Origin: Deltaproteobacteria bacterium | GTDB taxonomy: Bacteria; Myxococcota; Kuafuiibacteriia; Kuafuiibacteriales; Kuafuiibacteriaceae | NCBI GenBank assembly: GCA_040218735.1 | Contig: JAVJQW010000017.1 | Location: 415,416 to 479,415, forward strand | Direction: 5' to 3' | Length of the DNA: 64,000 nt | Part shown: piece by piece, positions 37,301 through 48,300 of the stretch | Position numbering within the stretch: position 1 is the first letter of the stretch | How the letters are laid out: the number at the start of each line of letters is the position of its first letter | Translations under genes and position numbers: made by a program | Notes under the pieces: generated by a model | What the model was told of the DNA's origin: nothing | The model's database searches: none | Seen by the model: the letters and a program-made list of their open reading frames with translations, nothing else

Positions 37301-39340
37301 CTCACCGCGAAGATTACCGAGACGCGCCTCCCGAGCGAGCGACTCGATCTCGACGCCGTCCAGCGGCGCTGCGCAGAGCGCCGCGACGGCGAAGCGCAAT
37401 ACGCGACGCTCGCCGCGCGCGGCGCGGAGCTTGGCCCTGCGTTCGCCGGCCTCCGGGAGATCCACCGGCGCGACGGCGAGGCGCTCGGGCGCATCGAAGC
37501 CCCCTCCGCCATCGTCGACGAGCTCGACGCGTACGGCTTGCACCCCGCCTACCTCGACGCTGCGGTGCAGACGTTCTGGAGCGCGATCCCCGACGCCGAT
37601 CTCCCGGAGCGCGGTGGTTACCTCCCCGTCTTCGTGGAGACGCTCGAGGTCACGACGACGCGGGCGGCCTCGGGTTGGGCGCACGTGGTCGTGCACGACG
37701 CCGATGCCAACTCGGTGCGCGCGGACGTCACGCTCTACAACGACGATGGGCGCGCCGTGGCGCGGTTCGAAGGTCTGCGATTCGGACGCGCCGATCAGAC
37801 GGCGACCGAGCTTCGCCGGCTGTTGCGCACGGCGGTCGCTCAGCTGCGCTGGAGCGAAGCCAAGCCCGCGAGGAGCGCGCCGACCGGCACGTGGCGCATC
37901 GTCGGGGAGTCGGACGCGGTCGCGACGTGGCTCGCATCGCGCGGGGCGCAGGTCCACGCCGACGGGGATTCGACCATCCTCCTCACCGACGACGTCGAGA
38001 CCTCGCAGCTGCTCGCCGCAGCGCGCGAAGCGTCGAGCGCTTCGAACGTGTGGCTCGTCGGTCGGGACCGTCCCGCGCACGCGGCGGCGGCGGCGTTCCT
38101 CCGCGCGGCCTCGGTGGAGCGTGCGTTTGGGTTGCGGATCGTCGAGGTCGAGGACGAAGCGGACCTCGTGCGGGCGCTCGACCACGGCGCAGACCACGTT
38201 CGGGTGCGCGACGGACGCGTGCAGTCACCTCGCCTCGAGCGCACGCCGCTGACGCCGAACGACGAACCGCATGACGACGGGACGTTCGTCATCACCGGAG
38301 GGCTCGGCGCGATCGGGCGCGCGGTCGCGGAGCACCTCGTCGATCGCGGTGCAACCCGCGTTGCGCTCGTGAGCCGCTCACCCGACGACGGGTTTGCCGC
38401 AACGATCGGCGCCGAACACTTCATCGCGGACGTCGCGGACCGCGACGCCCTCGCGAAGGTGTTCGAACGCTGCGGCCCGGTGCGCGGCGTCTACCACGCG
38501 GCCGGTGTCCTCGACGACGCCCCCGTCGAACAGCTCGACGACGACCGTATCGCTGCCGTTCTCGCCGCGAAGGCGCGCGGTACCGAGAACCTGGATGCGC
38601 TCGTCGGGGACGGGCGCCTCGTCGTGTTCTCCTCCGCGGCGGCCCTGTTCGGCGGCCCCGGCCAGGCCGCGTACGCCGCGGCGAACGCGTACGCCGACGC
38701 GGTCCTCCGCCGCCGCCGCGCCGCCGGGCGCCCCGGCCTGTCGATCCAGTGGGGCCCGTGGGCGGGCGGCGGCATGGCGAGCGCGACCGGCGAAGTGGGC
38801 GCGCGGCGCGCAGCGGCGTTCGGGCTACGGAGCGTCGCACCCGACGCGGCGTTGGCGCTCATGGATCGCCTAGAGGCGGAGGATGCGCCCGTGATCCTCG
38901 CGGCCGACATCGACTGGGCGACATTCAACGCACGCCGCGCCGACCCCCTTACGGCGCACCTCGCGGGCGCCAAACCGAGCCACACCCGCGACGAAGTCCT
39001 CCTCACTCGCATCGCCGAGGCTCCCCCGGCGGCGCGACGTACGCTGTTGACCGAGCTGCTGACGAAACAGCTGAGCGAGGTCCTGGAGCTCCCGCGCGAT
39101 GCGACCATCGACGAGGGCGCCGGCCTCTTCGACCTCGGCATGGACTCGATGACCGCGGTGGAGCTCACCGAACGTGTCTCGGCGACGCTCGGCCGCCCTC
39201 TTCCTTCTACGCTCGTGTTCGACAATCCTTCGGTCGGAGCAATCGCGGACCACGTGCTGACGACGTTCGAGCCGCAGACGACGAACGACCCGTCGGAGGA
39301 CGAGCTGATCGCGATGTTGGAGCAAGAGCTCGATGGCTGA
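34379..39340 (+). CDS. Type I PKS module 2: KS-AT-DH-KR-ACP
   Basis: GTG overlaps the previous TGA; short docking helix; DTACSSS; AT TENAQP, GHSVG, YAFH (malonyl-type); [12 protein letters not shown] and [10 protein letters not shown]; KR LDD, YAAAN; ACP GMDS. Confidence 0.96.
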   Translation: MSVVQALEQAIAKLSAEQKSKLRSLLAEPATPIAVVGLACRMPGDGDTPERFWSNLMTGRDGIVEIPRDRWDVDAYYDPDRSAPGKMSTRWGGFLRDVRGFDAEFFGIAPREATWMDPQQRLLLEVVYEALEHAGQGDIAGSSTGVFVGVSANDYSLLPRTADQLDAYTATGLSNSILANRVSYLFDLGGPSVAIDTACSSSLVATHLATQSLRNGECDLAIAAGVNLILFIANYIAFSRWGMMARDGRCKTFDRRADGFVRGEGGGALVLKRLPDALRDRDRILAIVRGSAINQDGRSAGLTAPNVGAQVDVIRRALADADVAPSAISYVEAHGTGTSLGDPIEVEALSEALGQEGPRVALGAVKSHIGHLEAAAGIAGLVKTVLALHHGAIPPNLHFESPNPNIDFASTRFEVPTSPRDWSDGERFAGVSSFGFGGTNAHVVLQSAPALEPIPPRAGVRTLLLSAASEAALDAMSADYAARIEAGDDAVVEGARLRARLPHRRAVVADTTELAERLRAGRFDAGACVHRPPRIGLVFSGQGSLWPGMAKALAAHDAVFAEHFASVPFDRAVLDDADALARTENAQPALFAYQIALAATLRSRGVVPSVVVGHSVGEIAAAHVAGVIDFAEAVRVIETRAALMQTQHGRGRMFEAAASPAELEPLEPGVSVAAVNAPGRTVLAGETAAIEAAYRRLDEARIAVRWLDVAYAFHGPGMRALEDSMIAKLGAVRTSPPSLAIESTVGPSATFDAAHWAKNLGRPVLFADAVERMFARGVDVVIEVGPSPVLNRSIQSMAPSGVTVLPSIRRAPGEPLAFERLLARLFVAGADVTFSTPSAAQTTAPPPYPWQRTAYWTRAPTSQPSDASLHPLLGRRVRSPALQAEVFEAVLTADGFITDHLLGDRVVVPMTAWVELLRAAAATLYGGDAHRIEALALLSPVTLEAPARVQLVVNAGAATLRQQTEDDVTSWPTVLTAKITETRLPSERLDLDAVQRRCAERRDGEAQYATLAARGAELGPAFAGLREIHRRDGEALGRIEAPSAIVDELDAYGLHPAYLDAAVQTFWSAIPDADLPERGGYLPVFVETLEVTTTRAASGWAHVVVHDADANSVRADVTLYNDDGRAVARFEGLRFGRADQTATELRRLLRTAVAQLRWSEAKPARSAPTGTWRIVGESDAVATWLASRGAQVHADGDSTILLTDDVETSQLLAAAREASSASNVWLVGRDRPAHAAAAAFLRAASVERAFGLRIVEVEDEADLVRALDHGADHVRVRDGRVQSPRLERTPLTPNDEPHDDGTFVITGGLGAIGRAVAEHLVDRGATRVALVSRSPDDGFAATIGAEHFIADVADRDALAKVFERCGPVRGVYHAAGVLDDAPVEQLDDDRIAAVLAAKARGTENLDALVGDGRLVVFSSAAALFGGPGQAAYAAANAYADAVLRRRRAAGRPGLSIQWGPWAGGGMASATGEVGARRAAAFGLRSVAPDAALALMDRLEAEDAPVILAADIDWATFNARRADPLTAHLAGAKPSHTRDEVLLTRIAEAPPAARRTLLTELLTKQLSEVLELPRDATIDEGAGLFDLGMDSMTAVELTERVSATLGRPLPSTLVFDNPSVGAIADHVLTTFEPQTTNDPSEDELIAMLEQELDG

Positions 39341-42300
39341 ACACGACGGCAAAGAGGTGCTGCGACGCGCCCTCGCCGAGCTCAAACGCCTCAAGGCCGA
39401 GAACGCCGAGCTACGCCGTGACCGCTCCGAGCCGATCGCCATCGTCGGTATCGGCTGCCGCTTCGCGGGCGGCGCGAACGATCCCGCCTCGCTGTGGCGC
39501 GTGCTCGAAGAGGGCCGCGACACGATCCGCGAGGTCCCCGCGGACCGGTGGTCTATCGACGACTTCTACGACCCCCGCCCCGGCGTCGACGGCAAGATGT
39601 ACACGCGCGGGGGCGGTTTCATCGACGGCGTCGACCAGTTCGACGCGGCGTTCTTCGGCATCACCCCGCGCGAAGCGACGAGCCTCGACCCGCAACAACG
39701 CATCCTCCTCGAAGTCACCCACGAGGCGCTCGACCACGCGGGCATTCCGTCGACCGCGATCCACGGCAGCCGCACCGGCGTGTGGGCCGGCGTCAGCAGC
39801 AACGACTACCTGCAACTCCTCTTGCGCGACGGCTCCGAGTCCGACGCCGGCTACACACTCACCGGGGTGGTCCCGAACCTCGCGGCCGGGCGTGTCGCGT
39901 ACGTGCTCGGCGCGCACGGCCCGACGCTCACCGTCGACACCGCGTGCTCCTCCTCGCTCGTCGCGACGCACCTCGCCGTGCAGAGCCTTCGCCGCGGGGA
40001 GTGCGACGTCGCGCTCGCGGGCGGCGTCAACGTCATCCTCGCGCCCGAGCCGACCATCGCGTTCTGCAACCTGCGCGCGATGTCACCCGAGGGGCGCTGC
40101 AAGACCTTCGACGCAAACGCCGACGGCTACGTCCGAAGTGAAGGCTGCGGGGTCGTCGTGCTCGAGCGGCTCTCCGACGCGGTCGCGAAGGGCCATCGCA
40201 TCGTCGCGGTCATTCGCGGGAGCGCGCTCAACCACGACGGCAAGAGCAGCGGCCTCACGGTCCCGAACGGCGCCGCGCAGCGAGCGGTCATCGAAGCGGC
40301 CCTCGCCGACGGTGGCGTGAACGCGAGTGACGTCGGCTACCTCGAAGCGCACGGCACCGGAACCCCCCTCGGCGATCCAATCGAGGTCCGCGCGGCGAAC
40401 GCGGTGTACGGGGAGAGCGGCTTCAGGATCGCTTCGCTCAAGACGAACTTCGGACACACAGAAGCAGCGGCGGGGGTGCTCGGGCTGATCAAGGCCGCGC
40501 TGATCCATCAACACGGCGCGGTGCCACCGCACCTGCACTTCTCGAAGCTCAACCCGAAGATCGATCTCGGCGGCGCCCGCATCGTTCCGGAGGGCGCCGC
40601 GCACGACGGACGCATGACGGCCGTGTCCTCGTTCGGCTTCTCGGGGACGAACGCCCACGTCGTGCTCGAAGCCGCGCCGCCCGCGCCGGTCACGACACCC
40701 GCGCAACGTCACGCGTACGCTCTCCCCCTCTCGGCGCGAAGCGAAGCCGCGCTCGCGGAGACGTGCGCGCGCTTCGCCGACCGAATCGATCGCGAGCCCG
40801 AGGATGTCTACGACGTCGCCGCCACCTCCGCGCTCCGAAGGGCCGCGCACCCGCACCGCGTAGTCGCCGTCGGTCGGAACGCCGACGAGATCACGACCGC
40901 GTTGAGGCGGCGCGTTTCGAAGGGACAACACCGCGAAACGCCCGAGGGGCGCGCGGGTCCGCGGTCTGCGATCGCATTTGTGTACTCGGGTCAGGGGACG
41001 CAGTGGACGGGCATGGGGGCCGCGCTCCTCGAACGTGAGCCCGTGTTCGCGGAGGCGTTTCGCCGCGCGGCGGACGCGCTCGCCGCTCACGGCGTCGAGG
41101 ATCTCGAACGGAAGATCACCACCGGCGACCTCGCTGCGACCGAGCTCGCACAGCCTGCGATCTTCGCCGTGCAGTACGCGCTCACCGCGTTGCTCGCCGA
41201 GTGGGGTGTTCGTCCGGACGCCGTCGTCGGGCACAGCGTCGGCGAGCTCGCCGCGGCCGTCGCGTCGGGGCGTATGTCGCTCGAGTCCATCGCGCGGGTG
41301 ACGGCGCTGCGCGCGCGCCGAATGCAGGAAGCGACCGGGCTCGGCCGCATGGCGGCGGTGGAGCTCGGCGAGGCCGCGGTACGCGACGCCATCGCCGGCG
41401 AGGCCGTGGCGATCGCCGCCCTCAATGGACCCGCTTCGGTCGTTATCGCCGGAGCGTCGGACGCGCTCGACCGCGTCGTCGCGAAGCTCCGCGCACAGCG
41501 AGCCGCGGTGACGTGGCTCGACGTCGACTACGCGTTCCACAGCCCCCAGATGGCACCGCTCGCCGCGCAGCTCGAAGCGGAGTTGGGTGCCCTCGATGTC
41601 GCCGCGGGCGATGTGCCGTTCTACTCGACGGTGAGCGGAGCCCGGGAGAACGACGCGCTCGACGCCACGTACTGGCGCCGCAACGTCGAGGGCACCGTAC
41701 GCTTCGCGCCTGCGATCGACGCGATGGTCGCGGACGGCATTCGCACTTTCGTGGAGGTCGGATCGCACCCCGCGCTCTTGCGCTACCTCGCCCGCGACGG
41801 TGTCACGGCGATGCGCACGCTCCGACGCGGCGAGGACGAGGCGGCCTCGATGATGCGCGCCGCCGGTGAGCTGTTCGTCCACGGCGCCGAGGTGGACTGG
41901 GCGCAGATCTACCCCGAGTCCGCCCCGGTCGATCTTCCGGCCTACCCCTGGCAGCACCAGCGCTACTGGCGACCGGCGCCGGTCGGCGCCCCCGCCGCGA
42001 AACACCCGCTGCTCGGTACGCGGCGCGAGGAAGACGGTCGCACCGTCTTCGAAGGACGGATCGATCCCGCCGCGACCCCGTACCTCGACGACCACCGCAT
42101 GTACGACGTCGTTGTGTTCCCGGCGGCGGGCTACGTGGAGCTCGCGCGCGCAGCCGCCGCGGCGGCATTCGGCGGGCCGCAGTCGATTCACGACTTCGAA
42201 GTCCGCGCGCCGCTGATCCTCGATCGACCGCAGCAGGTCCGCGTCGCCGTAGCGAAGGACGGCGCGATCGAGATCGCGAGCGACATCGTGCACGTCCGCG

Positions 42301-45300
42301 CGCGCGCCGCGAAGGCCGGTCCCTCGAAGACTGCCACCCAAAGTAGCGCCGCGCCCGACGCCGTCGACGCCGCCGAGGTCTACGCGGCGGGTGCTGCGGT
42401 CGGCGTCGGCCTCGGACCGCGTTTCACCGTGCTCGCTCGAATCTGGCGCGACGGTCGAGACACCGTCGCCTCGGTGCGCTCCATCGAAGATGACGGACAC
42501 GGCGTCCACCCCGTGGTCATCGACGCGTGCCTCCAGGCCGCGATGGCGTCGAGCGGCGACGTGGATCGCGGCCTGATGCTCCCGGTCTCGATCGGCGCGG
42601 TGGAGATGAACCGCGAAGCCGGACGCGCCGTGCAGGCCCGCTTCTCACCGCGCCGCAAAGACACCGACGGCTTCACCGGAGACGCCGTGCTCATCGACGG
42701 CGATGGCGTCGTGGTCGTGGCGATGCACGAGATCCACTTCCGACGCGCGCCGAAGGACGCGCTCCTCGCCGCGCGGGCGCGCGCCGTCGCCTCGTTGCTC
42801 TACACGCGCGCGTGGGTCGAGGCTCCGAGCTCGGACGCCGAGCGGGGAGACCAGCGGTTCCACGTCCGCGGCGACGACGCGCTCGCCGCTCGTCTGAACG
42901 GCGGTGCGCTCGAAGACGCGACCGACGTCGTGCTCGTCGCGCGCGAAGTGTCGCCCGACGACTTCCTCACGGTGCTCCGCGCCCGCCCGCCCAGGCTGTG
43001 GATCTTGGGCTCCGATCGCGACCCGGCCGCCGCCACCGCAATCGGGCTTGCACGCACCGCCCGCCTCGAACACGCCGAGGTCGAGGTTCGTATCGTCGAC
43101 GGTGGAGACGTCGTCGACGAGCTGCGCCGCCCCGGCGCCGAGCAAGAGATCCGGCTCGACGGCGAACGCCGCGTCGCACGCCTCGCGCCGCTCGCCATAG
43201 CCTCGGGCACGGTGGACCTCTCTGGTGTCCACCTGATCACCGGCGGCCGCGGCGCGCTCGGCGTCGCCACCGCACGCTGGCTCCTGAGTCGCGGAGCGAA
43301 ACGGGTCGTGCTCGCGAGCCGGCACATCCACGAGCCGCCGATCGCCGGCGTCGAGGTCCGTGCGCTCGACGTCACCGACGGCGACGCCGTGCGAAAGCTC
43401 CTCGAAGAGCTGCGCCCCGACACGATCTTCCACGCGGCCGGTGTCCTCGACGACGCGCCGCTCGAGGCGCTCACTCCGGAGCGCATCGAAGCCGTCGTCG
43501 CCCCCAAGTCCGCCGTCGAGCACTTCGCGGCGAGCGGCGCGGACCTCGTGCTCTACTCCTCGGTGGCGTCGCTCGTCGGCTCCCCCGGTCAGGCGGCGTA
43601 CGTCGCGGCGAACACGTACCTCGACGCGTTCGCCGCGAGCCACGAAGGCCCCCACCGAGTGCTGAGCGTCGCGTGGGGCCCGTGGGCCGGCGACGGCATG
43701 GCGGCCGACGTCGCGGAAGCGGCGCGGCGGCGCGGACTCGAACCGCTCCAGGCCCCCGACGCGTTCGCAGCGCTGGAGATGTTGCTCGCGAGCGACGTCC
43801 GCCACGCCGCCGTCGCGCACCTCGACGCCGCGGCCTTCGTACGTGCGTTCGGCGCGCGTCGGCCCTCGCCGCTCTCAGACCTCGCGCCCGTCACGGACGC
43901 CGCGCTCGCACGACGCCTCGCGGAGGCCGACGACCCGGAAGCGGTCGCCGCCGCGTACGTCGAAGATCAAATCCGCGACGTGCTCGGCCTCGACGCCGTC
44001 GACCTCGAAGAGGACCTCACCTCCGCGGGCATGGACTCGTTGATGGCGCTCGAGCTCCGCGACGCCCTTGAACGCGACCTCGGCCACGCGCTCGCGCCGT
44101 CGGTGTTGTTCGATCACCGTACGGGCCGCGCGCTCGCGGAGTTCGTCGTCGCGCAGGCGTCGAAGACCCCGGTCAAGCGTCGTTCGATCGTCCCTGACCC
44201 CGCGAACGCCTACGCGCCCTTCCCGCTGAACGACGTGCAGGAGGCGTACTGGATCGGGCGCGGCGGGGCGCTCGAGCTGGGCGGGATTTCTTGCCACTAC
44301 TTCGGCGCGTTCGCGCAGCGCGGCCTCGATCCCGACCGCCTCGCCGAGGCGTGGGTGAACCTCGTTCGACATCACCCCATGCTGCGCGCGGTCGTCGACG
44401 AAGACGGTCGGCAGCGCGTGCTCGAGGCGCTGCCGGACTACGCCGTCCCGATCGTCGACCTGCGCGAGGCATCGAGCGACGAGATCGAATCGACGCTCAC
44501 CGCCACCCGCGAAGAGATGTCGCACCAGATGTTCGACACGTCGCGCTGGCCGCTGTTCGACGTCCGCATCTTCCGGCTCGCCGACGAGACGCGCCTCTTC
44601 ATCAGCTTCGATCTCCTGATCCTCGACGTCTTCTCGTTCGTCACGCTGCTCGCCCAGTGGCGGCACGTGTACGAGGGGGGCGCGCTGGAGCCCGTCGGGC
44701 TCACGTTCCGCGACTACGTCCGGTACGAACACGCCGAGCGCGAGAGTGACACCTACCGTGACGCGCTGAAGTGGTGGCGCGAACGCACGAAGACGCTCCC
44801 GCCCGCTCCGGACCTCCCGCTCGCCAAGAGCCCCCGCGCGATCGAGCGCCCCCACTTCGTGCGCCGCACCGCGAAGCTCTCCGCCGAACACTGGCGACAG
44901 CTCGTCGCGCGCGCGAAGGCGGCCCAGGTGACGCCCTCGATGGCGGTGTGCGCCGCCTACGCAGAGGTCATCGGACGCTACAGCCGCGGCGATCGGTTCA
45001 CGCTCAACCTCACGCTCTTCAACCGCGCGCCGGTGCACCCCGACGTGCAGCGGGTCATCGGTGACTTCACCTCCCTGATCCTCCTCGACGTCGACCACGA
45101 AGCTCCCGCCGGCTTCGCCGACCGCGCGCAGGGCTTGCAAGCCACCCTGCGGCAGCACCTGAAACACAGCGCGGTGAGCGGCGTCCGTGTGCTGCGCGAG
45201 TGGGGCCGCACCCAGGGCCGTCGCGCCTCGGCGCCGATCGTCTTCACCAGCGCGCTCGGCCTGACGGACGACCTCCAGAACGAAGCCGACGCGACCGTGC

Positions 45301-48300
45301 GTTGGCTCGGCGAAGTCGTCGACAGCGTGTCGCAGACGCCCCAAGTGTGGCTCGACCACCAGGTCTTCGAACAATCCGGCGGCCTGTTCCTCGCGTGGGA
45401 CTGCGTCGAGGATCTCTTCCCGGCCGGGATGCTCGATGAGATGTTCGAGACGTACGTCGGCCTCCTCGAACACCTCGCCACGCACGACTGGGACGCCCCC
45501 CGCCGACCTCTCCTGCCCGCCGCGAGCCTCGCGCGCATCGAAGCGGCGAACTCGACGAAGCACGAGGTCCCGACCGTCCTGCTGCACGAACCGCTCGCGC
45601 GACGCGCAGCCGAGACCCCGAACGCCATCGCGCTCGTGACCTCGCGCCGCCAACTCACCTACGCGCAGCTCTTCACCTACGCGAACCGCACCGCCCACGC
45701 CCTCGTCGACGCCGGTGTGAAGCCCGGCGACGTCGTCGCGGTCATGACCGACAAGAACCAGGAGCAGATCGTCGCGACCTTCGGCGTGCTCACCGCGGGC
45801 GGCGCCTACCTCCCGATCGATCCCGCGCTCCCCGAAGCGCGCATCCACGACCTCCTCGCGCAGACCGGCGCGAGCGTCGTCCTCACCGAGCCGTACCTGC
45901 GCGCGTCGATTCACCTCCCCGAGGACGTCGTCGCGCTCGACGTCGAGGACCCGCCGTTCCCGAACGCGAGTGAAGCGCCGCTCCCTACGACGCGGACACC
46001 GACGGACCTCGCGTACGTGATCTTCACCTCCGGATCGACCGGCCGTCCGAAGGGCGTGATGATCGATCACCGCGGCGCGCTCAACACGTGCCTCGACGTG
46101 AACGAACGCTTCGGCGTGAAGGCCGGCGACCGCGTCTTCGCGCTGTCGAGCCTGTCCTTCGATCTGTCCGTCTACGACGTCTTCGGCACCATCGCCGCGG
46201 GCGCGACGATGGTCATCCCCGACGACTGCGGGATGCGCGACCCGGACCACTGGCACGAGCTGATGGCGCGCGAGAACGTGAGCGTGTGGAACTCGGTGCC
46301 CGCGCTGCTCGGCATGTACCTCGAGTACGTCGGCGGCGAGTCGCTCCCGGTGCCGGACTCACTCCGCCTCGCGATGTTGAGCGGCGACTGGATCCCGCTG
46401 GAGGTTCCGCCCGAGCTCTGGTCACGACGCCCCGGCGTCGACGTCGTGAGCCTCGGCGGCGCGACGGAGGGTTCGATCTGGTCGATCGCCTACCCGATCG
46501 AGCGCATGGACCCGGCGTGGAAGAGCGTCCCCTACGGGCGCGCGATGAAGAACCAAACGTTCTACGTGCTCGACCGCGACTTCGAGCACTGCCCGACGTG
46601 GGTCGTCGGCGACCTCTACATCGGCGGCGTGGGCGTCGCGATGGGTTACTTCGGCGATCCCGAGCGCACCGCGAAGCAGTTCGTCACGCACCCGCGCACC
46701 GGCGAGCGCCTCTACGCGACGGGCGACCTCGGGCGCTGGCGACCCGACGGCCACATCGAGTTCCTCGGGCGCGAGGACAACCAGGTCAAGATCCAAGGGC
46801 ACCGGATCGAGCTCGGTGAGATCGAGAGTGTGTTGCGCGAGCACGACGCCGTCCGCGAGGCCGTCGTCCAACCGCAGAAGGCGAAGACCGGCGAAACGCA
46901 GCTCGTCGGCTACCTACTCTGCGACGACGACGCACCGCCCGACACGGATCTCCGCGCGCACCTCGGCCGACGCCTCCCGGCGCACATGGTGCCGAAGGTG
47001 TACGTCACGCTCGACGCTTTCCCGCTCTCCGCGAACGGCAAGGTCGATCGCAAGGCGCTCCCCGCGCCCGACGCCGCGCCGCGCGCGGTGGTCGAGCCCC
47101 GCACCGAGCTGGAAGCCGCGATCCTCGACGCCTGGCGCGACGTCCTCGGCCTCACCACGATCGGCGTCGACGACGACTTCTTCGACGTCGGCGGCTACTC
47201 CCAGCTCGCCGTCCGACTCACGCTCGAGCTGCGCGCGCGCCTCGGCGTCGAGATCCCGATCCGAGCGCTCTTCGACACACCGACCGTCGCCGCGCTCGCC
47301 GCGCGCCTCGAAGGGGACGTCGCCGCTCCGACCGTCGCCGCCGGCGACGAGGACGTCTACACCCGCTACGCCCGACGCGGCATCGGCCTGAGGCTCGCCG
47401 CGATCCGGACCGACAAACACTACGTTCGTGCTTCGGGGAACACACTCGAGTACGAACGCGACGGTCGGCGCGTCGCAGTCCTCGACATGGTCGGCGGCTT
47501 CGGCTCGACGATCTTCGGCCACAACCACCCCGAGCTCACGGCGCTCATGCGTCGCATCTCGAGCGAGGGCACCCCGGCGCACGCGCAGTACACGAACAAC
47601 GTCTGGGCGGGGCGACTGTGCGAAGCGCTGTCGGAGCGGCTGCAGGCCGCGACGCAACGGAGCTTCGTCGTCACGCTGGTCAGCACGGGCACGGAGGCCG
47701 TCGAAGCCGCGATCAAACACGCGAAGCTCGAGTACCAGACACGCGTCGCGCGGCTCTTGCGCACGCTCGAACGCGAGGCCGCCCTCGCGATGAGCGCGAC
47801 GCTGTCTCCCGAGGTCACCGAGGAGGCGCGTTCGCTCCTCGGCGACGTCCACGACGTCCCGAGCCTCGTTACCGCTGCGCGCCGACACGCCGAGGCGATC
47901 CTCGAACGGCCGCCCGTCTTCCTCGCGCTCGACCACGCGTTCCACGGCCTCACCTCCGGCGCGCTGTCGCTCACCGCCGCGGAGGACTTCCGCGCGCCGT
48001 TCGCGCCGTTCGGCGTGCAGACCCACCGCATCGGTCAGGCGCCGAGCCAGCTCGAAGCGCAGATCGAAGCGCAGACCTCGGACCTGTTCGCGGTCGGCGT
48101 CGACGCCGACGGACGAGTCACCCTCCGTCGGCGCGCGTTCACGACGATCGCCGCGTTGTTCGTCGAGCCCATCCAGGGTGAGGGCGGCATCCGACCGCTG
48201 GAGGCGGCGTTTGTCACCGCGGCGCAGACGCAATCCTCGCGGTGCGGCTTCCCGCTGATCGTCGACGAGATCCAGTGCGGCATGGGACGCACCGGCCGCT

